A stretch of DNA of 64,000 nucleotides from Paragordius varius (lineage: Eukaryota > Animalia > Nematomorpha): the NCBI GenBank assembly GCA_964247055.1, contig OZ176057.1:868001-932000 (forward strand), read 5' to 3'. The translations under genes were made by a program, and so were the position numbers. Within the stretch, counting starts at the first letter, position 1. The number at the start of each line of letters is the position of its first letter. The notes under the pieces are model-generated. The model did no database searches. It was not told where the DNA came from and saw nothing but the letters and a program-made list of their open reading frames with translations. Of the stretch, positions 52,496-63,948 are shown piece by piece.

Positions 52496-55434
52496 CTCTG
52501 ACACAATCAGTCAAAAAACTTACGCCTCTCATGAGGCGGTTGTGATCCATCACAATCAGATACCACAATACTAACTGTAATTTCCCAACCTGTCGATTAT
52601 GAGAAGCGCTCACCTTTTTATATTTGTTTTTGTAAATTATATAATGATTTTTTCATTCACACCCAGCAATATATTTATAGAAATATTTATAAAAAGGTTT
52701 TTTGGTTTGCGCCCTCTCGATAACGATTTTTTTAGCTTCTACATTTATGTGAAGGTTCCCTCTACCTGTTCCCTTATCTTGATTCAGGCTGTTAGAGACA
52801 TATCATGTTTCGAATAAACATGATTTTTAATACCCTTGTATGTGCCTGTTCGATGCCCACATCTATCGGACACATGAACTCACCATCACATGTTTGAAGG
52901 CTTCCTTTCCACAAAAAGGAAGTTCTGGGGTCTAAATTAGACCTGACTGAGACGGTTACTGATATACCTTTTGGGACTAGGATCATCGTTCCCAACGATA
53001 TGAACATTGGTTTGGTGGTTTTTAAGCCACTCTAGAGTCTTGTATGATTTAGAGCAACCAGCAATCCCACAAGGGTATGGATTGCTGCTCCCCCCTTTCG
53101 TTGGCCATATGAAAGACAGTAACATGTCTTTTCATATTCTTTTCGTGTAATCGCACATCCATTAACTGAACATGATACTGAGGCGACTGTTTGTAAAGGT
53201 AAGTTATTCACAGGAGTTAAGTCCTTCAATTTCTTTCCAGGATGCGCAAACTCAGGTGATTTCCCACTCTGCATAAGTGCCCGTTTCAAAATTTTGATAT
53301 TCGACTTGTATACGAAGTGACCGTTATTACCTTTGTTTAGCACAAAACAGTCCAGATCTCGTTGGACACACTGCTCTTTGCGTACAGTGTGCTCGACTTT
53401 CGTTTTACCCAGCACCCCATCGTACAACTGAGCTGCTAGTTCAGAGTTGCCGAGGCATAGCTTGCTGAACCAGCGAAGCCTTCTACTGTCCAACATTTTA
53501 TTCACATATGGGAGCTTCACCGCTGACCGGAGACTTGGAAGGGGCACCTTATCTGATCGTGAAACACCCACACACGTTCTAATACAGTCATTAAGAAAAC
53601 TATCCAATCTATTCACGTCTGCCTTAGCAGTGTTCCAAGTTTTACAGCCGTACAATAGAGATGGAACTACGAAACCCATTAATGGCTGCCGTTTTCTCTT
53701 GTTGGCAATTATCTTGCTTTCTAAGATATGTTTCACTTTACGCAACACCACCCTCGCTCTTGCGATTCTCCTTGTGATTTCACGGCTGACACCTCCCTTC
53801 CGACTAATCTCAGACCCAAGGTACGCAAAGCTATCTACGTCTTCGATTACAGACGTTTCTAGCATTATGAGTTGTCTTACAGCCCGTCAACTCTAAGACT
53901 TTCGATGTGCTCATTAGAATTAGGATACCATATCGTTTAAACCTTCCAATGTCAAGGAAAGTTCGCTTCGATTGTTACTGACTAGCACGATATCATCAGC
54001 GAATGCTAGTATCTTCATTGCAGGAGTGCTCTGACTACAAGGGGATAGATTTTATTAAGTGATACTGATACCTGCCAGCTGAAGATCAGCTTCATGAAGG
54101 CATGACTCTAGAAAGATGTTAAACAGGGCAGGGAAAGTCTGCACCTTTTCCGAACGCCCCGTTAGAGTTTGAACCAACGCGAGGTATTGCCTTTCGACTT
54201 TACTCTCGCTTTATTGGCGTATGTCAAATTGGCTATGAGCCTTGGTAACTTCGGACCACAGCTTGCTTTTCCTCGACAGTCCATTAATGCCCCATGAGGG
54301 ACGCTATCGAACGCCTCTTCAAGGTAAATAAAGACACAGTGCACCTCTCTATCGGCTATTCGAGATTCTTCTTGCAACCTTCAAGGGGTGAATATTAGGT
54401 TCAAGTAGATTTCCATTCATTGAACCCGAATCGGTAATCTCCCACCACTTGTTTGGTCAACGTCTGCAATCGTTCGTTCACAATGCCAATAAAGATCTCC
54501 CCATCAATGTTGAGTAAGGAGATGGGACGATATGATTTGGGATCAATCGTCTTACCCTTATTCTTATATATCGGACATATCTCTGCGACTTTCCAATCTT
54601 CCGGAATGCAGCCCGTCCCCCAAACCCTTTCGAATATGCCTTTTAGGCATTCAAGGACCGATTCACCACCCGCATGATACAATTTAAGGGCTATACCACC
54701 CTCATCACTACTCTTTCCGAATTTCATCTTCCTCAATAACCGTTCGATTTCATCTCTTCCGCGGACATTATCGTTACCTTACACACCGCTAGCGAACAAT
54801 GATTCACCAAAGATGTCATCACCACATTTACGATACACTGATTCGTAGTATGTGGCTATATCTTCCACATTAGCATACGAACTCTTACCCGTGCCCAGCC
54901 ACTTGTTGCAGGTGTTAACCACCGCATTCAAAATTACAGAGATACTTTTAGAATTTTTGTTCACTAGACAGTGCCCCACTTCCGTGGCTTTCTTCTCTAA
55001 CCATTCTGACTTAAGGGCGTAAAAGTTTTGTTTTAGAAATTTGTTTAGTGCTTTGAATGAAATCTTTCACTTTGAGTGGCTTTTCCAATAAAGATTGCTT
55101 TACGTTTCTGTTTGGCGTTAATGTCAACAAAAATTTTTTCTTTGTGGACCCGGCAACTCGTTCAACCCAGTCTTCGGAAGGAATATATTTAATTAATGCA
55201 CTAACGTTGTTACATCAATTTCCCCACTGTGTGAACCAAACCTTTCTTTTACGTTGTGTTCAAAGTTCCCTCTCAATTGTTTGTTAGTGACCAGGGTTAG
55301 AAGTTCATCTTAAGTTGGCCTCTTCTGTCGAGGTAGATCCTTTTTTTGGACGAGTTCTTTGCCTTGCACTGACAAATTTTTCCAACATCAACCTGTGAGT
55401 CCCGTAAGGTAACTTTCATCATCCGTAACCCAGA
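52496..55434 (-). mobile_element. RTE-like copy R4, 5'-truncated, mosaic
   Basis: 277-aa ORF 53032-53865 (RT C-terminal region), DSVPHGAL, YRPISLL; no APE region; joins R5 at 55432-55434. Confidence 0.88.
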
Positions 55435-58400
55435 GCAACCCGCAACCCCACATGGGTATGGATTGCTATCCCCCCTTTCCTTGGCTATATGAAAGACCGT
55501 AACATGTCTTTTCATATTCTTTTCTTGCGTATTTAACGGCAAATCCATTAACTCAACAGGATACTGAGGCGACTGTTTGTAAAGGTAAGTTATTGACAGG
55601 AAAGTCCTTTGATTTCTTTCCAGGATGCGCAAACTCAGGTAATATTTCACTCTGCACAACTGCCCGTATTAAATCCTCAAGATCTCGACATTCGACTTCG
55701 TGTATACAAGTGACCTTTTATTACCTTTGTTTAGCACAAACCAATCCAGATCTCGTTGGACACAGTGCTCCCATCTGCCTACAGCGTGCTCCGATTTTCG
55801 TTTTACCCAGCACCCCATCGTACAACAGGGCTGCTCGTCAGAGGTTTGGCCGAGGCATAGCTTGCTGAACCAACGAAGCCTTCTACTGCCCAACAGTTTA
55901 TTTACATATGGGAGCTTCACCGCTGATCGGGGACATGGAACGGGTACCTTATCTGATTGTGAAACACCCACACACGTTCTAATACAGTCATTGAGAAAAC
56001 TATCCAATCTATCTACGTCTGCCTTAGTAGTGTTCCACGTTTCACAGCCGTACAATAAAGATGAAACTATGAAACCCATTATGAGCTGCCGTTTTATTTT
56101 GTTGGCAATTTTCTTGCTTTCTTAGATAGGTTTCACTTTACGCAATACTACCCTCTCTCTTGCGCTTTGTGATTTCACGGCTGACACCTCCCCTCCGACT
56201 GATCTCAGACCCCACGTATAAAGCTATATACGTCTTCAATTACAGACGTTTCTATCATTATGAGTAGGTTGTCTTTTGAGCCCGTTAAATCTAAGACTTT
56301 CGATTTGCTCATCGAAATTAGGATACCATATCGTTTAAACTTAGAGTTTAAACGTTCTAATGTTGGGGAAAGTTCGCTTCGATTGTTAGTGACTAGCACG
56401 ATATCATCAGCGAAGCCTGGTATCTTCACTGCAGGAGTGCTCTGACTACAAGAGGAATTTTTTTGAGTGATACTTTCTAGCTGAAGATCGGCCTCACGAA
56501 GGCATGACTCTACAAAAATGTTAAACAGGGTAGGTGAGAGTTTGGAACATTGCCGAACGCCCAATTCAAGTTTGAACCAACGCGAGGTGACTTTACTCGC
56601 TTTATTGCCGTAGGTCAAATTGTATGAGCCTTAGTAACTTCGGGCCGCAGCCCGCCTTTCCCAGACATTCCAATAATGCCCCATTAGGGACGCTATCGAA
56701 CGCCTTCTCAAGGTCAATGAAGACACAGTGCGCCTCTGTATCGGCTATTCGATATTCTTCTTGCAACCTTTGAAGCGTGAATATTAGGTTACAAAATGAT
56801 TTCCGTTCACTGAACCTGCATTGATAATCTTCCACCACTTGTTTGGTCAAGTCTGCAATCGTTCGTTCATTGCCACTGAAGATCTTCCCATTAATGTTAA
56901 GTAAGGAGATGGGACGATATGATTTGGGATCAATCGCCTTACCCCTCTTATATATCGGACATATCTCCGCGACTTTCCAATCTTCCAGAATGCAGCCCGT
57001 CCCCCAAACCCTTTCGAATATGCCTTTTAGGCATTCTAGGACCGATTCACCACCCGCATGATACTATTTTAGGACTATACCATCCTCACCACTACTCTTT
57101 CCAAATTTCATCTTCCTTAAGGACCGTTCGATTTCGTCTCTTCCGGGGACACTTTCGTTACATTACACATCGCTAGCAAACAATGAACCACCAAAGATGT
57201 CACCACCACATTTACGATACACTGATTCGTAGTATGTGGCCATATCTTCTACATTTGCACAGTTTTCGGCTTACTTTCACTACCCGTGCCCAGCCACTTG
57301 TTGCAGGTGTTTACCACCGCATTAAGATACAGAGATACTTTTCGAATTTTTGTTCACTAGACAGTGCTTCACTTCCGTGGCCTTCGTATCTAAACATTCT
57401 AACTTAAGAGCGTAGATGTTTTTTTAGAAATTTGTTTAGTGCTTTGAATGAAGCCTTATCACTTTGAAGGGCTTTTCCACTAGAGATTGCTTTAGGTAGT
57501 TTCCGTTTGGCGTTAATGTCAACAAGAATTTCTACTTGGTTTGGACCCAGGCACACGTTCAATCCGGTCGTCGGAAACTTAAGGATACATTTAATTAATG
57601 CACCTTTAACGTTGTTACATCAATCTCTCCACTGTGTGGACCATCTCTTTTAGGTTGTGTTCAAAGTTCCCTCTCAATTGTTTGTTAGTGACCAGGGTTA
57701 GAAGTTTAAGTTGGCCTCTTATGTCAAGGTAGGTCCTTTTTTGGACGAGTTCTTTGCCTTGCACTGACATTTTTTCCAACACCAACCTGTGAGTCCCGTA
57801 AGGTTACTTTCAACATCCGTAACCCAGAAACTACTTCCCCTGTGAACTAGTATCCGATCATGGGTAAAGCCTTTGCCACTAGGGTGTACCCAAGTGATCT
57901 TTTCCAGTAAGGTTTCTGGAAAAAGTTTTCAACCCTTAAGACTATGTAGATTACATAGATTAACGAAAAGATTACCGTTATTGTTTCCCGCACGATTTTG
58001 GTAATGTTTAGTGTCCCGAACATGCCATTTTCGCATGATCGATCGACTTGAGCGTTGGTCACTAAGGACCATATATCGGGATTTTATGTCTCTCATTTAA
58101 GCACCAAGAGTAGCATATTCCGATTTTTCGACCACTTTTGCCCATTCGACCGGAGCATAGACCGACAAAATCGCTATATCATATTTTTCTACCCTCTGAT
58201 TAGCATCCTTAGACTAATGTCCTCAAATTGGCATTCTCGGTAATATCCTTTTTGATAAGGACCCGCATCCACGTGTGCCCGCCTTATCACTTGAACCAGT
58301 AAGGCGCTTGTATGAGAGGACATCCTTATCCCCCTCAATCCATGGCACTCCTGTACTGAGAGAATGTCAACGCCTTTCTTCTCTGCATCAACTAAAAGTT

Positions 58401-58813
58401 CATTCTCGCGGAGCTTACACCTCAGGCCGTTGACATTCAGGGTACCTATTTGGATGCTTCTGTTACTAGAGCCTGGTCCCACTCTTTTTTCTCGGATCGT
58501 TCTAGCAGGATAACTGTTTTGTAGTATATTCGAATTAATAGTAGTTTTGTAGATCATGACTTTGAATAGGCAATGTGCACTGTGAGTTATGGGTGTGCCA
58601 GACCCCGAGAACTCCCACCCTCCTGCGGTTACACAGCCCCGTGCATAGACTGTTTGGCCAACTAGGACAATACCGATTGTATCGGTTTGTCGGAGGTTAG
58701 TCTCCTCCTTCGACCCTTTACCTGTTAGACACTGAACCCCGTTTGCCGTCATTAAAACGCTGACGTTGGCCGCCGGATCACCACTTAAAGGTGGGGTATG
58801 ACTCTGATCCAGC
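55432..58813 (-). mobile_element. RTE-like copy R5, diverged, 3'-truncated
   Basis: APE motif IQIGTLNVNGLR...GVDILSVQECH, DLEKAFDSV, GVRQCSKLSPTLF, FADD; right boundary repeat TGAGGCACGATGAAA at 58814. Confidence 0.88.
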
Positions 58814-59810
58814 TGAGGCACGATGAAATTTTTGACGCCATTCAAAACTTTTTTGGTGAGTATTACTGGTACTGAGTCTCTTTTTTTAAATTTTTATTTA
58901 AGTTTAAGGACTGTAATATACGTGTGAGAGCCTTAACACTCACCTCACTACTTGCCTAGGGTGAGAAATTGCACAGTTTTAGAATTCTAAATCTGGCACG
59001 CTAGACAAGCAGTGTAACAGTGCCCCATTTACTATACCATCACGCCTAACTCTCAAATTACACATAATATACTTGACATTTTAACCATTATAACTTATAT
59101 TACGGAATATATTATTTACAGCTCTACCTCGCTCTTGAACATCTAAAATTCACCATTGAACATTTTAAATCCACCTTCTTTCAAAATTCACCTTCTAACT
59201 ATTTATATTCATCTTGAAACATTAAATTCAACCCCAAGAATAAATAATTGTTATTGCGTTAATCTATTATTGATTCGAAATATATTTAGATGGCATAGTG
59301 TTTATAATTTTTCCTATATTACGTTAATTTTATACAATCATTTTTTAAAAACATCAAATAATATAGGTAATTTTTGATTAACAAAAACATAATTTATTTT
59401 TGAAAAAAATTCAAAGTGTTAAAGGGTGAGAATTGTGAGGGGCATTTATATGTGAGTGGTATAGATATGGATTTTAGATAATATTAATTCCGTATGGAAA
59501 CTGTTAAATGTTTATAAGAACCTTAACTTAAATTACTTATATAAATAATTTATATGAACATCATTGACATTGTATTTAATAGAAATAGCATTCTAATTAA
59601 CTTAATTGCGAATTATTTTTTTAAATATAAAACACCTGTACAACCACAAAGCAGTTAGTTATAAGATGTAAATTTAATTCAATAAATTATCTTTAATTTA
59701 TATTCTTGATTGACTATCTTAATTTTAATAAAAACAATGAAATTCTAGCTTTCTGCAAAAAGTATTTACATTATATCCACACAGATTTTAAAAAATATCA
59801 AAGAAAATGA

Positions 59811-59863
59811 TTTTATATATGGAGCATCCATCTTTATCCAAAACAAAACCTTCGGTTTCTAAA
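59811..59863 (-). pseudogene. Degenerate antistasin exon relic (LETEGFVLDKDGCSIYK)
   Basis: GF-x2-DKDGC core is retained but several Cys codons are lost; same position in the unit as the intact exon. Confidence 0.7.
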
Positions 59864-60338
59864 TTGACCTTCCTATAATTTTTTACTGTGAGGTTTATTT
59901 TATTATCCAATAATCTGCCATTTTTAGCATTTTGGTGTTTAGCCCTGTACTTAATCCTAGTAATTAAATAATCTTAAAAATTACCACAGACCCCATAAAT
60001 AACTATGGAAAAAAATAAACTTCTTAATTTAAAAAAACTCGGTATTATATAAAGTAAAAACTGAACCTATACAAACAAAACATTAAAAATATACAAAAAT
60101 TTTTTTTTCTCGAAACATCGCTTGACTTTTAAAATTGGATTTTTAGAATAACTCATGATTTTAACTGCAAATAACAAAATATAGATGGAAATTTGTATGT
60201 AACAATCATTACTATATTTTACAATTCAAATTAAATAATAAATTTGGGAAAACATATGGTCTTTTTTGAAAAAAAAATTTTATCTTAACATTTTTACCAT
60301 TTGTCTGTATAATTTCAATTTTTACGCTATTAAATAAC

Positions 60339-60491
60339 TTGTGGTTGGAGGATGTGTTGGTCTAGTACGTTTTGTCGCACAAGTGCTTTTCGTAGGCTTA
60401 GTTTTGCATGTGGTTTGAGTTGTCCTTCTGCATTTCGTTGTTCTTTTTGTCGGGTGTATCGTCGTACATGGTGTAACAGTTGTAGTTATTT
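60339..60491 (-). CDS. 153-bp mucin-like exon, copy 5 (most diverged)
   Basis: Same length and frame, all four Cys retained, AG/GT intact, although the flanks differ by many substitutions and indels. Confidence 0.72.
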
Positions 60492-60735
60492 CTAATAAAA
60501 TTTAAAGTAGATTATTTCCAAATTTTGTACATTTTAAAAGTTACCAAGGTAATGTTTGAATATACATATGAAACTAGTTTAGCAGGTCGTATTTACTATG
60601 GGTCGCATACTTCCCTTACACTGCTTTTTCATGGCCCAGAATTATTTATTAAATTTTTTAATTAAGAAAAAAACTCTGCGAATGTTGTGTACAACTGATT
60701 AGAAATTTCATCTCTATTATATTGTGCACTACCCT

Positions 60736-60750
60736 TGAGACACGATAAAA
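60736..60750. other. Empty (pre-insertion) paralog of the RTE target site
   Basis: A single TGAGACACGATAAAA; left flank matches 34985-35007 and right flank matches 58829-58880. Confidence 0.75.
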
Positions 60751-61480
60751 TTATTTTGACCCCATTCAAAACTTTTTGGTGAGTTCCACTGGTTTAGAGT
60801 CTTCTTTTAAATTTTATCAAAATGGACTGTAATAAACTTGTGAAAGCTTTAACACTAGCCCGCCTACCTGTCTAGAGCTGACAGCGATAGTGGGAAATTG
60901 GAAAGTTTTGGAATTCGAAATCTAGGTAAGATTCCAGCGTCTTACCTATTATACCATCATGCCTAACTCTCAATTAATATCTACAAACAAAATACTTTAC
61001 ACTCTATTATAACATTATTAATGAATATACCATTTACAGCTCAGAATCCTTCTTAAACACTTGAATTCTTTCTCAAACATTTTAAATTTACCTTCGAACT
61101 TTTTAAAATAATTTGTATGTCTAAAAATAACTTAACTGTTATTGGGTTAATTTAATTCATTATGATTTGAAATATATTTAGATGGTATAGTGTTTATAAT
61201 TATTGTATCATGCTAATTTTATGCAAAGTTAATTTTTTAATATCAATAATATTTTAAATTATTTTCAAAAACATAATTTAAGTTTTTGGACGAATTCAAA
61301 GTGTTAAAGGGTGAATTGTTGTTAGAGGGGCTATTTGAAATGTAAATGTTATAGAAAAGAATATTTGATGATATTAATTCCGTAATGGAAAACAATAAAA
61401 TTTTAGCTTTCTGCAAAAAAGCATTTCCATTGTTTCCACCCAAATTTTTAAAAAATCCTGAGAAAAATGATTAATATTAC

Positions 61481-61564
61481 TTTTGCATTTACATAAGGGG
61501 CATCCATCTTTGTCCACCACAAAACCGTCGGGACATACTAAATCGCATTTTATTTTTGGGCAAC
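61481..61564 (-). CDS. 84-bp phase-1/1 exon encoding an antistasin-type Cys domain (xCPKIKCDLVCPDGFVVDKDGCPLCKCK)
   Basis: C-x4-C-x3-CPxGF-x2-D-x2-GC-x2-CxC matches the antistasin (PF02822-type) pattern from memory. Acceptor ttcaacag, donor gtaata. Confidence 0.8.
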
Positions 61565-61955
61565 CTGTTGAAGTACATGTGAAATGCAATAAAAATTGAA
61601 ATAAGCACATTAATGTTAGATAATTTACATTATTTTTGGGCCAAGCGGCAATAAAATACCGTATGGGTAAAAAACAACAAATGGTATATATTATCCCCAT
61701 CTTAGAGACCATTAATGTTTATATAATTATGCACAAAAATTGTTTTATATTATACAGCTGTATAAACAATTGGCCAACTTATCAGGACAACATTAGTGTG
61801 CATATATAAAATAAATGTCAAAACCAAATTTTTTTTGAAAATACAGACAACATACTTATTAAAACGCGTTTTACCTCATCGTTTTTGGGTAGCAAAATAA
61901 GTGAAATAGAGATGTAAATTTGGTACTCTCAATTTTAACAACATTCGAATTGTGG

Positions 61956-62144
61956 TACAGTAAGTATACATTGCTAGAAAATTATTATTATTGCTGAAAT
62001 AGTAAATAGAACAAAGGGCGGTATTATTAACTTATTATATTTTTCACTTTTTACTATTATTAGCCAATAATACTGCCCTTTGTTGTATTTACTATTTGGC
62101 AATAATTAATAACTTTATAGCAATGTTTACTTACTCATATTGTA
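61956..62144. mobile_element. Second family-B foldback MITE
   Basis: Same arm and spacer sequence (ttcactttttactattattagccaataat) as 30495-30688. Confidence 0.72.
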
Positions 62145-63807
62145 AAACAAATGTGGGAGGAATGAAGGTTTAAAAAGTATGATTGTTTCCTTTCAAAAAC
62201 ATATTTGTCTTTTTAGCTTTTACCTTTGGTGTACATAATTTTAATTTTTACTGCATATAATTTTCAATTTAATTAAATTATAAAAGAAATTTATGGAATA
62301 AAGGAGGGTAAATTCCATGAAAAAACTTACATCTCCAAACAAATTTTCCGTCGATTTCAACCCGAACCGGTTTTTTTCCAACCCCACATTGTGGTATACT
62401 CGGTTTGCATTCTTTTAATTATAAATATATATAGATATATGGTATATAACATTGTCGCAAAACAGTAATTTTATACGAACGAATTGATTTTAAGTTAGAT
62501 AATTAATAAATGGCATTTATTTATATAAAGACATAATATAAATTGAAGTGGTTGAGAGGCCAACTTCAGATAACCACAGTATGAAATTTTTTAGGTTAAT
62601 TCTAAATAATATTATTTTAGTAAATTATAGGACATCTAAATTGTTAATTTTATATTTTATTTAATTGTCTACAAATAAAATTTTACTTTTAACCTTTATA
62701 TAATACACACAACAATGTCACGTAATATAGGTATTAACATCCATTAACCCAAATTAAAAAATTGAGAAATAAATATTATAAAATTCTTCAATACTTTTTT
62801 ATAAACATCAAATATTTCTTTATATAACATATTAGTTTTTAGATTTTCATCTTTAAGTTCTATATTATAGCAAGTACCTGGTGTAAATACAATAAAAAGT
62901 GCTTTTATATGCCATATCTGTATTTTAAATGGCTTAAAAGGTATTAAAATTCAAGCTAGCCATGTTTTATTTATCAGTTACACATTTTTAAAAATTGTGT
63001 GGGTAAAAGATGCAGTGTTTAACACTTGTATACAAGACATTCATTTAAGTCATCAGTTCATATAGAGATCCTGACGCTAAGCCTGTTTAAAATCAAATAT
63101 TTCTAAAATTATGGTATTACTTGAAACTATTGCATAAGTTTTCATTAGGATAACACGGATGCACCGAAATTGAAAAAAGACTTATTTTAATTGTAAATAC
63201 CAATTTTAGGGGTAAATATAAAGAATTTAGCCAACATGACATTGCGTTAGTATAAAACTTATAAAATATAAAGTACTTTTTCTCTTTATATATATTAATG
63301 ATTGATGAGATTTATATAAAATATTAGTTTTTAGCTATTGAATCAAATAAACACGATATTTTTTAAGAATATTGTAAAATGGTGTCGAAGTAGTTAGATA
63401 CGGATTTTTCAAAGTTAAATATACATTTTTTCGGCTTATTTATATAATTTTTATAGAAGCATATTTTAAATTTGAACTTTTTATTTCCAATGATTTTTAA
63501 TAATATTAACTTTTCCCTTAATCCATTGGTAAAAATATTATCATTTAGTATATCACTCTGAGACATTTTACACGATCCTTATGACACAAACATAATTATA
63601 TTTTAGCACTTTATTTCTACAGATTACAAGCACGCATAAAAAATCATCCTACACCAGTCATCGACAGTATTTATCCCCGACAAATACTTATTCCCTAAAC
63701 TATTTCAAACATCAATGGACATATCATACTGATTCTTCCTACTGATTCTTACATCTCAGTACACTACTACTATGCTGAATTCCCACATAGAAAGAAATAA
63801 TTCTGAA

Positions 63808-63948
63808 ATGAGCTCCCATAATTTAACATTAAACATGGCGACATGGAATATGCGTGGCAGTTTAGAAAATAAATTGGATATAATAATTCACGAGATGAAA
63901 CGTTTTAACATCCATGTGTTACGGCTGTCGGAGACTCATATGCCATAA
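63808..63948 (+). mobile_element. N-terminal APE endonuclease fragment of a different, decayed non-LTR retrotransposon
   Basis: Hand translation MSSHNLTLNMATWNMRGSLENKLDIIIHEMKRFNIHVLRLSETHMP* shows the TWNxRG and LSETH motifs. Confidence 0.75.

Larger units (their letters stand above)
35654..53126. repeat. Recent tandem triplication of a 5819/5823/5823-bp unit
   Basis: Anchor GTAACATGT at 35654, 41473, 47296 and 53119; units are near-identical with only a few SNPs and small indels. Confidence 0.96.

Noticed and set aside
35648-58243. Plus-strand ORFs overlapping the RTE copies (e.g. 151 aa MKLSNLFT..., 146 aa MARALVTS...)
   Set aside because: They are antisense shadows of the minus-strand RT frame, which carries all the conserved motifs.
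58814-58845. N-terminal MNGVKNFIVPQ extension of the 218-aa ORF, and an ATGGCGTCAAAA start for the RTE
   Set aside because: It lies outside the target-site duplication and is also present at the empty site, so it is flank sequence.
62345-62445. Resemblance to the satellite long monomer (accggtttt...gcatt...ttataaatatatagat)
   Set aside because: The match is short and low-complexity, and is expected by chance in DNA this AT-rich.
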